NCBI GenBank assembly: GCA_036630325.1
Contig: CP142730.1
Coordinates: forward strand, 620,001 to 684,000
Source: Vairimorpha necatrix
Taxonomy: Eukaryota
DNA: 64,000 bases
Reading direction: 5' to 3'
The notes beneath the pieces are model-generated. The model was not told the origin of the DNA and did no database searches. It saw only the letters and a program-made list of their open reading frames with translations. The position numbers were made by a program, and so were the translations under genes. Shown piece by piece: positions 45,065-55,093 of this stretch (positions within the stretch are counted from its first letter, which is position 1; each line of letters starts with the position of its first letter).

Positions 45065-47158
45065 ATGAATGAAAATAACCAAGAAGAAGTAAAAAATATT
45101 CCTTTTGAAAATATGTTACTTGACGCCGAAGAAGTCATTTCCCGAAATGAAAAGGGTCTTCCTGTTTATATTGAGCCAGAAATAAATATTTCTCAAGATG
45201 AATTACGAGGAATAGAAAGATATAAAAAATTAGGAATTTTATTAGGCGAAGGAGGATATAAGAAAGTTTATAAGGCTGTTGATCAAATAGAAGGAAAAGA
45301 AGTTGCATGGAATGAAGTTAAAATTTCCCAAAATGATTATGCAAATAAAGAACAGAATATTTTTAGTAAAGAGATTTCTTTACTTAAAAAGATCAAGCAC
45401 CCGTCAATTTTGACAATTTTAGATTATTGGTTTTCTAAAGATAATTTTATTTTTATTACTGAGATTATGTCTGGTGGGACACTTAGAGAATATATTGGGA
45501 AGATAGGAGAAGTAAATATTAAAATTATAAAGAAATGGGCCAAGCAAATTTTAGAAGGATTAAATTATTTGCATACGCAGAATCCTCCTATAATTCACAG
45601 AGATATAAAATGTGAGAATATTTTCGTAGATTCGTCAAATGGAGAAGTGAAAATTGGCGATCTTGGAGTAGCAAAAGAAAGAAGATTAAAAAGGTACACT
45701 GTGGTAGGCACACCCCAGTTTATGGCCAGAGAGATGTTTGAGGGAGATGGGTACAATGAGAAAGTTGATATTTACGCATTTGGAATGTGCCTCATGGAAA
45801 TGGCCACTGGTCTGTACCCGTACAAGGAATGTGATGATTCTACAGATGTTTACAGGTCGATTTTACAGGGAGTCCCCCCTGAGGCGCTTTACAATATTCG
45901 AGACCCTTGTCTTAAGAATTTGATTTTAAGATGTTTAGTCCTTGAAAAAGACAGACTTGACGCCAGTGCGGCCTTGAGTCATCATTTCCTTGATTTTAAT
46001 TCTGACTGCCCAGGGGACTGCATTCCTAAGGAGTCCATTTTAGTGAAGCCCCTTACTACTCCTGGCTATGATATGGAGATTTCTCTTATTGGTTTTAAAG
46101 GAGATGTCATAATTTTCCAATTATTTTTCATGTCTGAGGCCAAATTTATTAAGTTTGATTTTAATACCAAAGAAGATACAATTGAGACATTAGCCAATGA
46201 AATGTTAAATGAGAATGTGGTAGAATATTCCAAGAAAGAAGTACTTATAAAAATGTTAACTAGGGGATTAGAAAGGGCCATAGAAAGAAGAGAGACCGAA
46301 GAACAAATAAAAGACTTTATAAAAAACGAAGAGGAACAAATACAAGATTTAGTTAAGGCCGATGACGAGGCGGAATTAGTAAATACAGATAATATTAATT
46401 TTATAAATAGTTCAAAGATACCAGAGAATACGATAAATACGATAAATGAGATTAATACGACAAATAATATAAATGAGATTAATACGACAAATGAGATTAA
46501 TACGACAAATAATATAAATACGACAAATGAGATTAAAGATACAATATTTACAGATAATACAGTGGAAATAGAAATAAGTAATTTAAAATTAAAGAATACA
46601 GAAGAAGACACAGTACAGTCAAATGAAGAAATGACGTGTAAGACGATGGTCTACCCAAACAAGAAATACGAGTCAAATATTTTCATAGAAGAATTTTGTA
46701 ATGACGCGGCAGAGATCACCCGGAGATCTCAGGAGACTGCGAATAATTGGATCAAAATTTTAAGATCTAATGATATTTACAATACCACAGATCTCAAAGT
46801 TCTAGTAGAAGAAGACTGGGACAAATTAGGCCTCTCAGTCTTCATCTCCAGGGCTATGAAAAATATGCTTTATGGACTTGAGCAGCACCCCCTGAAGGAA
46901 AGGCAGCTGCCTGACAATATTAAGATAAAAATGTATGACGGAGAAATGAGTATTGGTGATTTCCTTCTAGAAATTACAGACATTTGTAATAAAAAGGAAT
47001 GCCTTACTATTTGGGAGAATAAATTACTAGCCCAAGATATCCGGACAGTAGAAGAATTAAAAAGTCTCCATCAGGAAGATTGGGACAGATTAGGGTTGTC
47101 TATATTTTCGTATAGGGTTCTTAAGAATATAATATTTAGAAAAGGCAAATTCGTATAA
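45065..47158 (+). CDS. WNK-family Ser/Thr kinase
   Basis: GEGGYKKVY (Lys in the Gly loop), EVAWNEV, PPIIHRDIKCENIF, KIGDLG, GTPQFMA; followed by an IKFDFN..DT domain, an NEINTT minisatellite and two C-terminal repeats. Confidence 0.93.
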   Translation: MNENNQEEVKNIPFENMLLDAEEVISRNEKGLPVYIEPEINISQDELRGIERYKKLGILLGEGGYKKVYKAVDQIEGKEVAWNEVKISQNDYANKEQNIFSKEISLLKKIKHPSILTILDYWFSKDNFIFITEIMSGGTLREYIGKIGEVNIKIIKKWAKQILEGLNYLHTQNPPIIHRDIKCENIFVDSSNGEVKIGDLGVAKERRLKRYTVVGTPQFMAREMFEGDGYNEKVDIYAFGMCLMEMATGLYPYKECDDSTDVYRSILQGVPPEALYNIRDPCLKNLILRCLVLEKDRLDASAALSHHFLDFNSDCPGDCIPKESILVKPLTTPGYDMEISLIGFKGDVIIFQLFFMSEAKFIKFDFNTKEDTIETLANEMLNENVVEYSKKEVLIKMLTRGLERAIERRETEEQIKDFIKNEEEQIQDLVKADDEAELVNTDNINFINSSKIPENTINTINEINTTNNINEINTTNEINTTNNINTTNEIKDTIFTDNTVEIEISNLKLKNTEEDTVQSNEEMTCKTMVYPNKKYESNIFIEEFCNDAAEITRRSQETANNWIKILRSNDIYNTTDLKVLVEEDWDKLGLSVFISRAMKNMLYGLEQHPLKERQLPDNIKIKMYDGEMSIGDFLLEITDICNKKECLTIWENKLLAQDIRTVEELKSLHQEDWDRLGLSIFSYRVLKNIIFRKGKFV

Positions 47159-47442
47159 ATAAATCAAAAAGGCAAAGAAAAATAAATCATTTTACTCCAT
47201 AAAATAAAACTAATATTTATGTTCTATATTTATAAAGCATAAATTTGTTTAAGTTTTGTTTGTTTTTGCTATTTAAGTTTGTTTATGCAGCATAAATTGA
47301 AAATGACTCAATTAAATGCTGCGTTATAAAATCTGTATAGTTCAAACATATAATATCATTATTTATTATGTTTTATGTTATTTAATTACAGTTGACTCAA
47401 TTATATTTTACACTTTATTTATTCCCTTATAAATAAATTAGC

Positions 47443-47922
47443 ATGTCTCATCAAATAGAGCCTAAAATAATTCAGAATATTTTTTTAGAGCCCATCTCTT
47501 CTCATAATATAAATATGGCCAGGAATATTAATAATATCTTATTTCCTCTAAGATATTCTCCTTCTTTTTATGAGCATATTTTAGGGTCTACTCTATCTAA
47601 GGGATTCTTCTTTAAATATAAAAATGTCATAATTGGCATATGCTCATTTAATATTAAAAATAATACGGAGTGTTATATTATGACATTTGGTATATTAGAA
47701 ATGTACAGGAATATGGGACTAGGAAGTCAATGCATTAAAATATTAGAAGAATATGTAGTGAGACAGTACAGGGTGACTTATCTGAGGCTGCATGTGCACA
47801 CTGGGAATATTAAAGGAATAAATTTCTATAAAAAGAATTCTTATAAAATTATAAAGATAGAAGAAGTTTATTATAAAAATATAGAGCCGACATCAGCCTA
47901 CATATTATATAAATATATGTAA
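47443..47922 (+). CDS. GNAT N-terminal acetyltransferase, Naa50/Nat5-like
   Basis: INNILFPLRYSPSFY, YIMTFGILEMYRNMGLGS, LHVHTGN..INFYKK, YYKNIEP..AY. Confidence 0.85.
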   Translation: MSHQIEPKIIQNIFLEPISSHNINMARNINNILFPLRYSPSFYEHILGSTLSKGFFFKYKNVIIGICSFNIKNNTECYIMTFGILEMYRNMGLGSQCIKILEEYVVRQYRVTYLRLHVHTGNIKGINFYKKNSYKIIKIEEVYYKNIEPTSAYILYKYM

Positions 47923-48013
47923 TAAATAACACAAGGCAATACAAGATAATATAAATATATGTAATAAATAATACAAGATAATATAAATATATGTAAAAAA
48001 TAATACAAGATAA
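47905..48013. repeat. Tandem repeat of about 32 bp (ATATAAATATATGTAATAAATAATACAAGATA), about 3 copies, reiterating the stop/AATAAA end of the Naa50-like gene
   Basis: Directly visible. Confidence 0.8.
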
Positions 48014-48153
48014 TTTAAGTACAAGATGATTTAGTACAATATTTAATAAACCCCTTATGCTTGTTAACTCCTTCAACAAAATTGTAAACATTATCTTGTT
48101 TCTCGGTGACCAATAAATTTATTAAATATTTAAGAAATTATATCTCCCATCTT

Positions 48154-48357
48154 ATGGGTAGAAGATACGACATATTTCAAACTCCAAAAGGCATCAACCA
48201 GAAAGATCTACCAAAAAAAATGGACATAGGAGTGCCCTTTCAGATAAATGGAGAGACTTATGTATGTGAGAAAGTAGACCAGAATAATTTCAGAATATAC
48301 AATAATGAAGAAGATAGAGGAAGTAATAAACATTACTACGTAGTAAGAAAACTATAA
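48154..48357 (+). CDS. Small hypothetical protein
   Basis: ATG 48154 follows a CCC; the stop overlaps AATAAA. An out-of-frame upstream CCCC-ATG exists at 48057. Confidence 0.5.
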   Translation: MGRRYDIFQTPKGINQKDLPKKMDIGVPFQINGETYVCEKVDQNNFRIYNNEEDRGSNKHYYVVRKL

Positions 48358-48493
48358 ATAAAACATTCAAAAACTAAATTAATACAATATATTTTTAAAA
48401 TATATTAAAAACATCCAGTAATATAATATATATAAACTCATTATATATGTATCAAAAATCATAAAAACATCTTTTTATTTTTTTGACCCTAAA

Positions 48494-49558
48494 ATGTTGT
48501 ACAGCTTGAAAAATGAAGAAAAAAAATACGAAAAAAAAGAAGATCTACAGAAAATACTTAAATACTTAGAAAATAATCAAGAAACTATAAAAGAACTAGA
48601 CCTATCTTCAAACGTCTTCTTACCAGATGCAATGGCAGAACTCTGCAAATATATAAAAAAAATAAAAAATTTAAAAACAATAATACTAGACGGAATATTC
48701 ACTACTCTAACAAAAGAAGAAATGTTAGAATGTTTTAAACTCATTTCTTTATCTATAACAGGAAAAGACATCATTTTACTGGACTTAAGTAACAACGCTT
48801 TATCCTCCGAATTACCTATCGAATTTATAAACTTATTATCAAATCTCAATAGTCTAAAATTTTTAAACATTCGAAATTGTGGATTGGGGAAAAAAGGTGG
48901 GGACATAATTGGAGAATGCTTTGTAAACTTGAAAACGAAAGATAACTTGGAATATTTAGACATCGCTCAGAATAGATTTTTCGTATTTCCCGAAAAACTC
49001 ATTTTAGGTATAAACAGTCTAAAAAATCTTAATGTACTCAAACTTGAGTACAACACCATCGAAAAAATTACAATGACGAAAGCTTTAGAAATATTAAAAA
49101 ATCATCCATTAGAAATATTGGATATTAGAGATAACTTCCTAAATATCGAAGGATGTAAAATATTAGGGGAAATATTTGCTACTTGGAACATAAGAGAACT
49201 TTATATGGGAGATTGTCTGTGTCAAAACGAAGGAATTCTTGAATTTATAAAAAATGCCAATAAAAAATTTACAAGTATGAATTTACCAGGAGATTGTAAA
49301 GAAGATAATGATATTGTATTAGATATTAGTTATAATGACTGGGAACAAGATTGTGTTGAGGAGCTGACAGATTTCTGTGATAAATATAATATTAAAAAAC
49401 TAATAATTACAGGGAATTTTTATGAGGACGAAAGTCAACTGAACAAAGTTATGAGAGAATATGGAGGAGAACTTGTGAGTCAAGAAGAAGAAAATGAAGA
49501 AGAGAAAAAAGGAGAAGTAGACGAGACATTAATTAGTATGCTAAAAAATATACATTAA
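48494..49558 (+). CDS. RNA1: Ran GTPase-activating protein (Rna1/RanGAP, LRR)
   Basis: LDLSSN, DGIFT, LDLSNNAL, IRNCGLG..GG, IAQNRF, LDIRDNFL, GDCL; acidic tail. Confidence 0.88.
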   Translation: MLYSLKNEEKKYEKKEDLQKILKYLENNQETIKELDLSSNVFLPDAMAELCKYIKKIKNLKTIILDGIFTTLTKEEMLECFKLISLSITGKDIILLDLSNNALSSELPIEFINLLSNLNSLKFLNIRNCGLGKKGGDIIGECFVNLKTKDNLEYLDIAQNRFFVFPEKLILGINSLKNLNVLKLEYNTIEKITMTKALEILKNHPLEILDIRDNFLNIEGCKILGEIFATWNIRELYMGDCLCQNEGILEFIKNANKKFTSMNLPGDCKEDNDIVLDISYNDWEQDCVEELTDFCDKYNIKKLIITGNFYEDESQLNKVMREYGGELVSQEEENEEEKKGEVDETLISMLKNIH

Positions 49559-51751
49559 TAAAAAAAGAATATTATTATTTATTCTGTAAAATTTTTTCAT
49601 ATGTTTGGTGAAAAATTGATTTATATTTGGTAAAAAATTAATTTATCTTTGGTAAAAATAATTGTAGGTTAAGAGTTAAATTTATATTCTAAACATATTT
49701 ATTGTGTAAAAAAATTATTTATTATTATGATCAAAAATTATCATATAATTATTTTATATTATAAAGTAAGTATTTAAAAGATCAAATACAAAAAATTAAA
49801 CATTAGGCTAACATTAACTTCGATAGTAATCACTGTTTTAACTTCAACTATCCTAAAGCGCTCGTACAAAACTCATTTATTAAACGACTTTAGGGGTAAA
49901 AATTTTTAGAGTTATTATATGTATTTTTAGAAGTAAACATGCTTTTAATTTGCATCACAGCTTTAGTTCGTTTTTATTGTGTAAATTTAAATAAAACATT
50001 TCATTCTACAAACCAATTCCAGACTTGGTGACAATTAGAAACAGTGTGATTTGCTAAGAGATCGTATTTATACTTCTTTTCTAAGATTTAAAGCCGACTA
50101 ATATAGTTCCAAAAATTTTGATTTATAAAACATCAAAACTATTATATTGCAGTCTGTATCCTAATGTTCGCCATATCCGCACGCCTTTATGAGTTTGCAA
50201 AGAGTTACTTATGTATTTTTGTACTTTAACAACCAAAAATTTCAAAAAAATTGAAAAAATGCATCTTTAAACTTCTACATGCTTTCACATATGAACATTT
50301 TATAATTTAATTAATAATCATTAAAAAAACAAATTTTTTACAAAAATGTACATCAAGAAAAAATTATATTAAGATTTATTTGGGTTGGCTTATTGTTCAT
50401 CTTAGATAATGTAGCTGATCATGTAACCTTGAAAATTTTTATATGTTCTGATATTAAATTTTAGTAAATTTATGAATTTATTTTTCTGTGTCTTCTTAAT
50501 GTTTTAAATGAAAAAAGATATAGTTTTGATGATCCTGATGATTTATATGATAGACGATTTAGAGTAGACTTTGAGAATAAAATTTCTATTTGCGATATAG
50601 ATGACAAAGTACAGCAATTTACATATTCAAAATTACATAATTGAGAATTTGTATTATATTTGAATAATGAAACTTTGAAATGGAATGTTTATTCTGCAAA
50701 ACTTCATCTACATTGTCAAGACTCTGTCAATCATTTTGAGTATTTATTAAGAGATTATCTCGTCAAATCCCATGCCTATCTACTTGTAGAATTTTGTTAT
50801 TATGCAGTCAAATAATATATATGTAATAGCACTTGTTTTACTTTTATGTGTTTAAATGTGGCTAGAATATCATATTTCAATTATATATATACTTTATTTT
50901 AAATTTTTTCAATTAATTTTTCTTATATTGTCTATTGTGTATATATCTAGTTTATAACATTTAATTTTCTTTAACTTTGAACAAAGAACATTACGAATAG
51001 TTTATAATTTAGTAGATAACAATTATAGGTCAATTGTTTACCTTTTAGATTAGTAACACAATAAGATACTGAGGACCAATAAAAATATGATCAATAAAAA
51101 AAAAATTAAATGATCAATTTATTAATAATCATGGAAAATTACAAAAAATATTTGTAACTTAAAAATGGGCACTAAGTCGGTTTCATAAAATATGAAATTT
51201 TTTTTAAAAAATATTTAATATTGCTTTTATATTTTGTTAGTATATGAAAGCCGTTCTTGCGAAACAAAGAATTTTTTATATTTTAAATGACTTCCTAGAT
51301 TGAATGATGCAGAATGTATCTTTATGAAGCCCCTGATATAGTTAAAGGAGAATTTTCAAGGTCAGCAAGATTAAATTCATTTGCATGTATAATTATATGG
51401 CATAAGTTAAACAACAAAAAAATACTTTTAGTTACTTTTACAACAATCAATATAAGTTTATATAATATTAACATTGTGATGAGGTAAAAAACGAATTTTT
51501 ATAATGAACAAATATCATATCAGAGTATTAATTAAAAAGTTGATTTTTTACATTAAATTGATTTTTTAACACACAACTATAGAATTTTCGATAATAACAT
51601 AAATTTTATATTATTGCATTTTTAACACTTATAAAAAATACTAAAATTTTTAATGTGATTGGTATTTAAAAAATATACCTTACTAATATATAAGGAGTGA
51701 CCCCTTTTCTCCTTTTTTTACATAAAAATAAAAAAAAATATTCAGGATACG

Positions 51752-52597
51752 ATGTCTAGTAAAAAATCAGACAAATGGATGAAACCAGATAATCTGGATG
51801 AAACGGCAGGCGATGTTTTTGCTGATGACAGGTCTAGTTCCGATTGTGACATTAGAAATGAAAAAAATGTCAATAAGTCTAATCAAAATCATGAAAATGG
51901 TAAACATAAAAGGGCTTTACCATACGGCTATTCACATGAAGGAAGCCAAAAAACAGGTTTAGATTACTTAAGAGAAATAGCAGAAGAAGAAAGTTCTAAA
52001 CATAAAAAAAGCAAAATGCCATTAGAATATTTGATAGAAGAAGCACGAAATGAATATAATAAGCTAAAAGATTCTCGGGGCGGGAAAGATATATCAGATG
52101 AAGAATGGATTAAGATTCGAGGCAAAATGATCCAAAAATTAAGAAAAATGGAAGTAGATCAAATAAGCAGGGATATAACCAGTTTTAGACAGCAAAATTC
52201 CTCTGCTGAAACAAATAAGCATGTCTCGGAAGAAAAACCAAGAAAGAAAAGGGAATGTGTAGCACGTTTAGAAGACGATGTCTCATTAGACAATGTAGAC
52301 GAGGATAACCAGGCAGAAGTGGCTTCCACAGAGGAAAAATTTATAAGAAGCTATTCAGAATTCCCAAACAGCATGTTTGCTACCGTAGATAGAAATGGAG
52401 TAAAAATGTTTTGTTGTGCGAAAGCCGATTGCGATGTGGAGTTTCGAACAATAAGTCAAATAAAAAGACACTACTTAATTCACACTGATCTTAAACCAGT
52501 CAAATGTAAGAGATCAAAATGTAAAAAGATATTTGGAAGACGTGACAATATGCTCTACCATTATCGAAATAACTGCAAATATAGAAAAAAGAAGTAA
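51752..52597 (+). CDS. C2H2 zinc-finger transcription factor (paralogue 1)
   Basis: C..ADCDVEF..IKRHYLIHTDLKPVKC..C.K.F.RRDNMLYH. Confidence 0.9.
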   Translation: MSSKKSDKWMKPDNLDETAGDVFADDRSSSDCDIRNEKNVNKSNQNHENGKHKRALPYGYSHEGSQKTGLDYLREIAEEESSKHKKSKMPLEYLIEEARNEYNKLKDSRGGKDISDEEWIKIRGKMIQKLRKMEVDQISRDITSFRQQNSSAETNKHVSEEKPRKKRECVARLEDDVSLDNVDEDNQAEVASTEEKFIRSYSEFPNSMFATVDRNGVKMFCCAKADCDVEFRTISQIKRHYLIHTDLKPVKCKRSKCKKIFGRRDNMLYHYRNNCKYRKKK

Positions 52598-53446
52598 GTG
52601 TATTGAATTTTGAGTTTCAAAACACAATAAATAGTTGAGTTTAGTCAATAAGTTTTATTTTTTTAATGAAATGGTATATTTTTATTATACGTTACACAGT
52701 AAACATATATTAAAATGTTGTACAGAATTAAGTTGGAATTTTAGTAATACGATTCTTAAAAAAGGCTTGACATAATTTTTGTCGTAATATATTTTAGCAT
52801 GTTCGTAACGCAAGTACAATTGACGTCAACCAAGGGATTAAAGGAGACATAATGACTATTGATTTTGTGCAATTCTATCTACAAGTGAAAGTGTTTATAA
52901 AACATCATTAATTATGAAAGAAATATCATGTATCTATTTATCTATAAAAGTATAGTAATATGTAAATCTTACATTATAGGTACATAAATTAGAGATATTC
53001 TCATGAATTTATTGATGTTTATAATAACTAAAAAGACCTGTGGAAACATATTTGATACCATTTAGTTATATCTTCCTTCTATGATAATATTTATGCCGGC
53101 AATGACTCTTTGACGTAAAAGATTTTTTTGACATATTGACTCAAACTTACTAATTTAATCATCACGAATACGATTTTTACGACTTTAATCCAGATGTAGA
53201 TGGGTTTTTAGGTTACCTTATTGCTTAAATCTGCAAATTCTTTCAATACGCCTAATAATTTAAAGTTATAGGCTTGTTTGTTTTTTTGTAAAAATTAAAT
53301 GAAAATTTTCAGTCAACAAGAATTATGTAATTAATAATAAAATAAGAGAATTAAACAATATAATTTTTCAGTTTAAATGTATAATGTGTATTTTTTTTTG
53401 TATATACGATTTATATGAAAAAATATAAAAAATGAAATGGTTTAAT

Positions 53447-53473
53447 ATATCATATATATATATATATATATAT
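53447..53473. repeat. (TA)n microsatellite
   Basis: Directly visible. Confidence 0.9.
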
Positions 53474-53653
53474 AAATATCTTAAGCTATTTTTGGTATCT
53501 GCATTAAGCACAAAAAAATATAATAAAAGTTATGGTCTTGCGTAATATCAGCAAATATGACGACAATTTTAATATTATACAAAATATTATTAATATATTA
53601 GGAGAATTCCCCCCTTTAATACACAAAAATAAAAATCTTGAAGTAAGGATATA

Positions 53654-54652
53654 ATGCCGCATAAAAAATCTAACTCTAAATCAAAAAGCCAAAGTCGTAG
53701 AAAAAACAAAAGGAGTCCTGGAAACGCAGTCATAAGGATCCCCAAGCCAAAAACTATTGATCGGCTTAACCCAAAAATAAGATTAAAAGTACCAGATTTA
53801 GTGACACCATATAGCCATTTTTTGCGATATCATCAGAGAGAGTTACCGTACTCAGATTTAGATCTGTACAGAGAAATGGCTGCAAGAACAGAATATTATA
53901 TAAACAGAAATAGAACAGCTTTGGACTATCTAGTAGAAAGGGCGCAACAAGAAAATTATCTGCTGGAAAGAGAAAAAACTGGTTTAGATTATCTGGCTGA
54001 AATGGCGAAACAAGAAAACTTATTACTAGACAGAGAAAAAAGCGGATTAGAATGGTTGCAAGAGTTGGCTAAACAAGAAAGTCAACAGATAGAAAAGCAA
54101 AAAACGGCCTTGGAGTGTCTACAAGAAATAGCCGCAAAAGAAAGTTCTATGATAAACAGCACAATGGGCGAATCAAAAATGTCAGATGAAAGTTTGCAGG
54201 TTAAAAACGTTAACAATACTGAAGTAAGCAAAAATAATAGCAATTTAAACTTTTCGAATACTTTGACTTCTTCTGTTGAATCAAATTCAAAATCAGAGAA
54301 TGGTGAAATACCTACGGATACTGTCGAAGTGTTAAATCATGGAGATGATTCAACGGCCATAAGAAGATTTTCAGATTTGCCAAATAGTATGTTCGAATGT
54401 ACTACAAGGAATGGCGGAAATTTCTATAAATGTCCGTATGCAAATTGCAACAAGGGATTCTCCAAATTATCCCCTATAAAAAGACATTACATGATACACA
54501 CAGGTATAAAACCATTCAAATGTTGGAACAAAAAATGTAATAGGAGATTTCCAAGAAAAGATAATATGATAAAGCATTTTAAATATCATTGCAAAGGTAA
54601 AAAAACTGTTTGCTATCGATTTAATAGTGCAAGAAGAAATATAACAAAATAA
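53654..54652 (+). CDS. C2H2 zinc-finger transcription factor (paralogue 2) with 21-aa helical repeats
   Basis: CPYANCNKGF..IKRHYMIHTGIKPFKC..C.RRFPRKDNMIKH. Confidence 0.92.
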   Translation: MPHKKSNSKSKSQSRRKNKRSPGNAVIRIPKPKTIDRLNPKIRLKVPDLVTPYSHFLRYHQRELPYSDLDLYREMAARTEYYINRNRTALDYLVERAQQENYLLEREKTGLDYLAEMAKQENLLLDREKSGLEWLQELAKQESQQIEKQKTALECLQEIAAKESSMINSTMGESKMSDESLQVKNVNNTEVSKNNSNLNFSNTLTSSVESNSKSENGEIPTDTVEVLNHGDDSTAIRRFSDLPNSMFECTTRNGGNFYKCPYANCNKGFSKLSPIKRHYMIHTGIKPFKCWNKKCNRRFPRKDNMIKHFKYHCKGKKTVCYRFNSARRNITK

Positions 54653-54731
54653 AACAATAGTTAATATTTTTTATTTATACTTTATTTATACAATTATAAG
54701 GTTGTAAGGCAAAAATAAAATTTTCACCCTA

Positions 54732-55093
54732 CCGGGGTTATCGGGTTAATGACCTCCCGTAAAAAGTCGAATTTTTATACTAGTAAGAGAACCACCCCAT
54801 AGCCAAATGGTAAAAATTTTAATAAAAAATAAGATGCCCTTGAATCTAATGACCCTTTAATTTATTAGTAATCTGCAACTCGAAAGCGGCCATACGTATG
54901 TTGTCATTGTTCTCACGCAATTTTTGTAATCCTTCTAATTTTTCTCGTAGCTTGTAAGATTTTTTTTTTAATGGGAGTGAATTTTCAAAAAATTTTAAAA
55001 GAAATTTCAAATATTTTATAATAGAAAAGATCCACCCATAGAAGAGATCCATGGCCTTTTCTATGAGTAGATCGATTAACCCGAAACCCTCGG
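54732..55093. mobile_element. MITE family B
   Basis: TA-CCGGGGTTATCGGGTTAAT...ATTAACCCGAAACCCTCGG-TA; homologous to 13289-13651. Confidence 0.85.

Noticed and set aside
601-48963. Numerous short antisense or overlapping ORFs in the track (e.g. 601..855, 9287..9646, 24921..25400, 46066..46611, 48577..48963)
   Set aside because: Shadow ORFs of real genes; many use non-ATG starts, which are not expected in a eukaryote.
50470-50800. Possible small secreted (lectin-like) pseudogene
   Set aside because: Interrupted by stops; no diagnostic motif.
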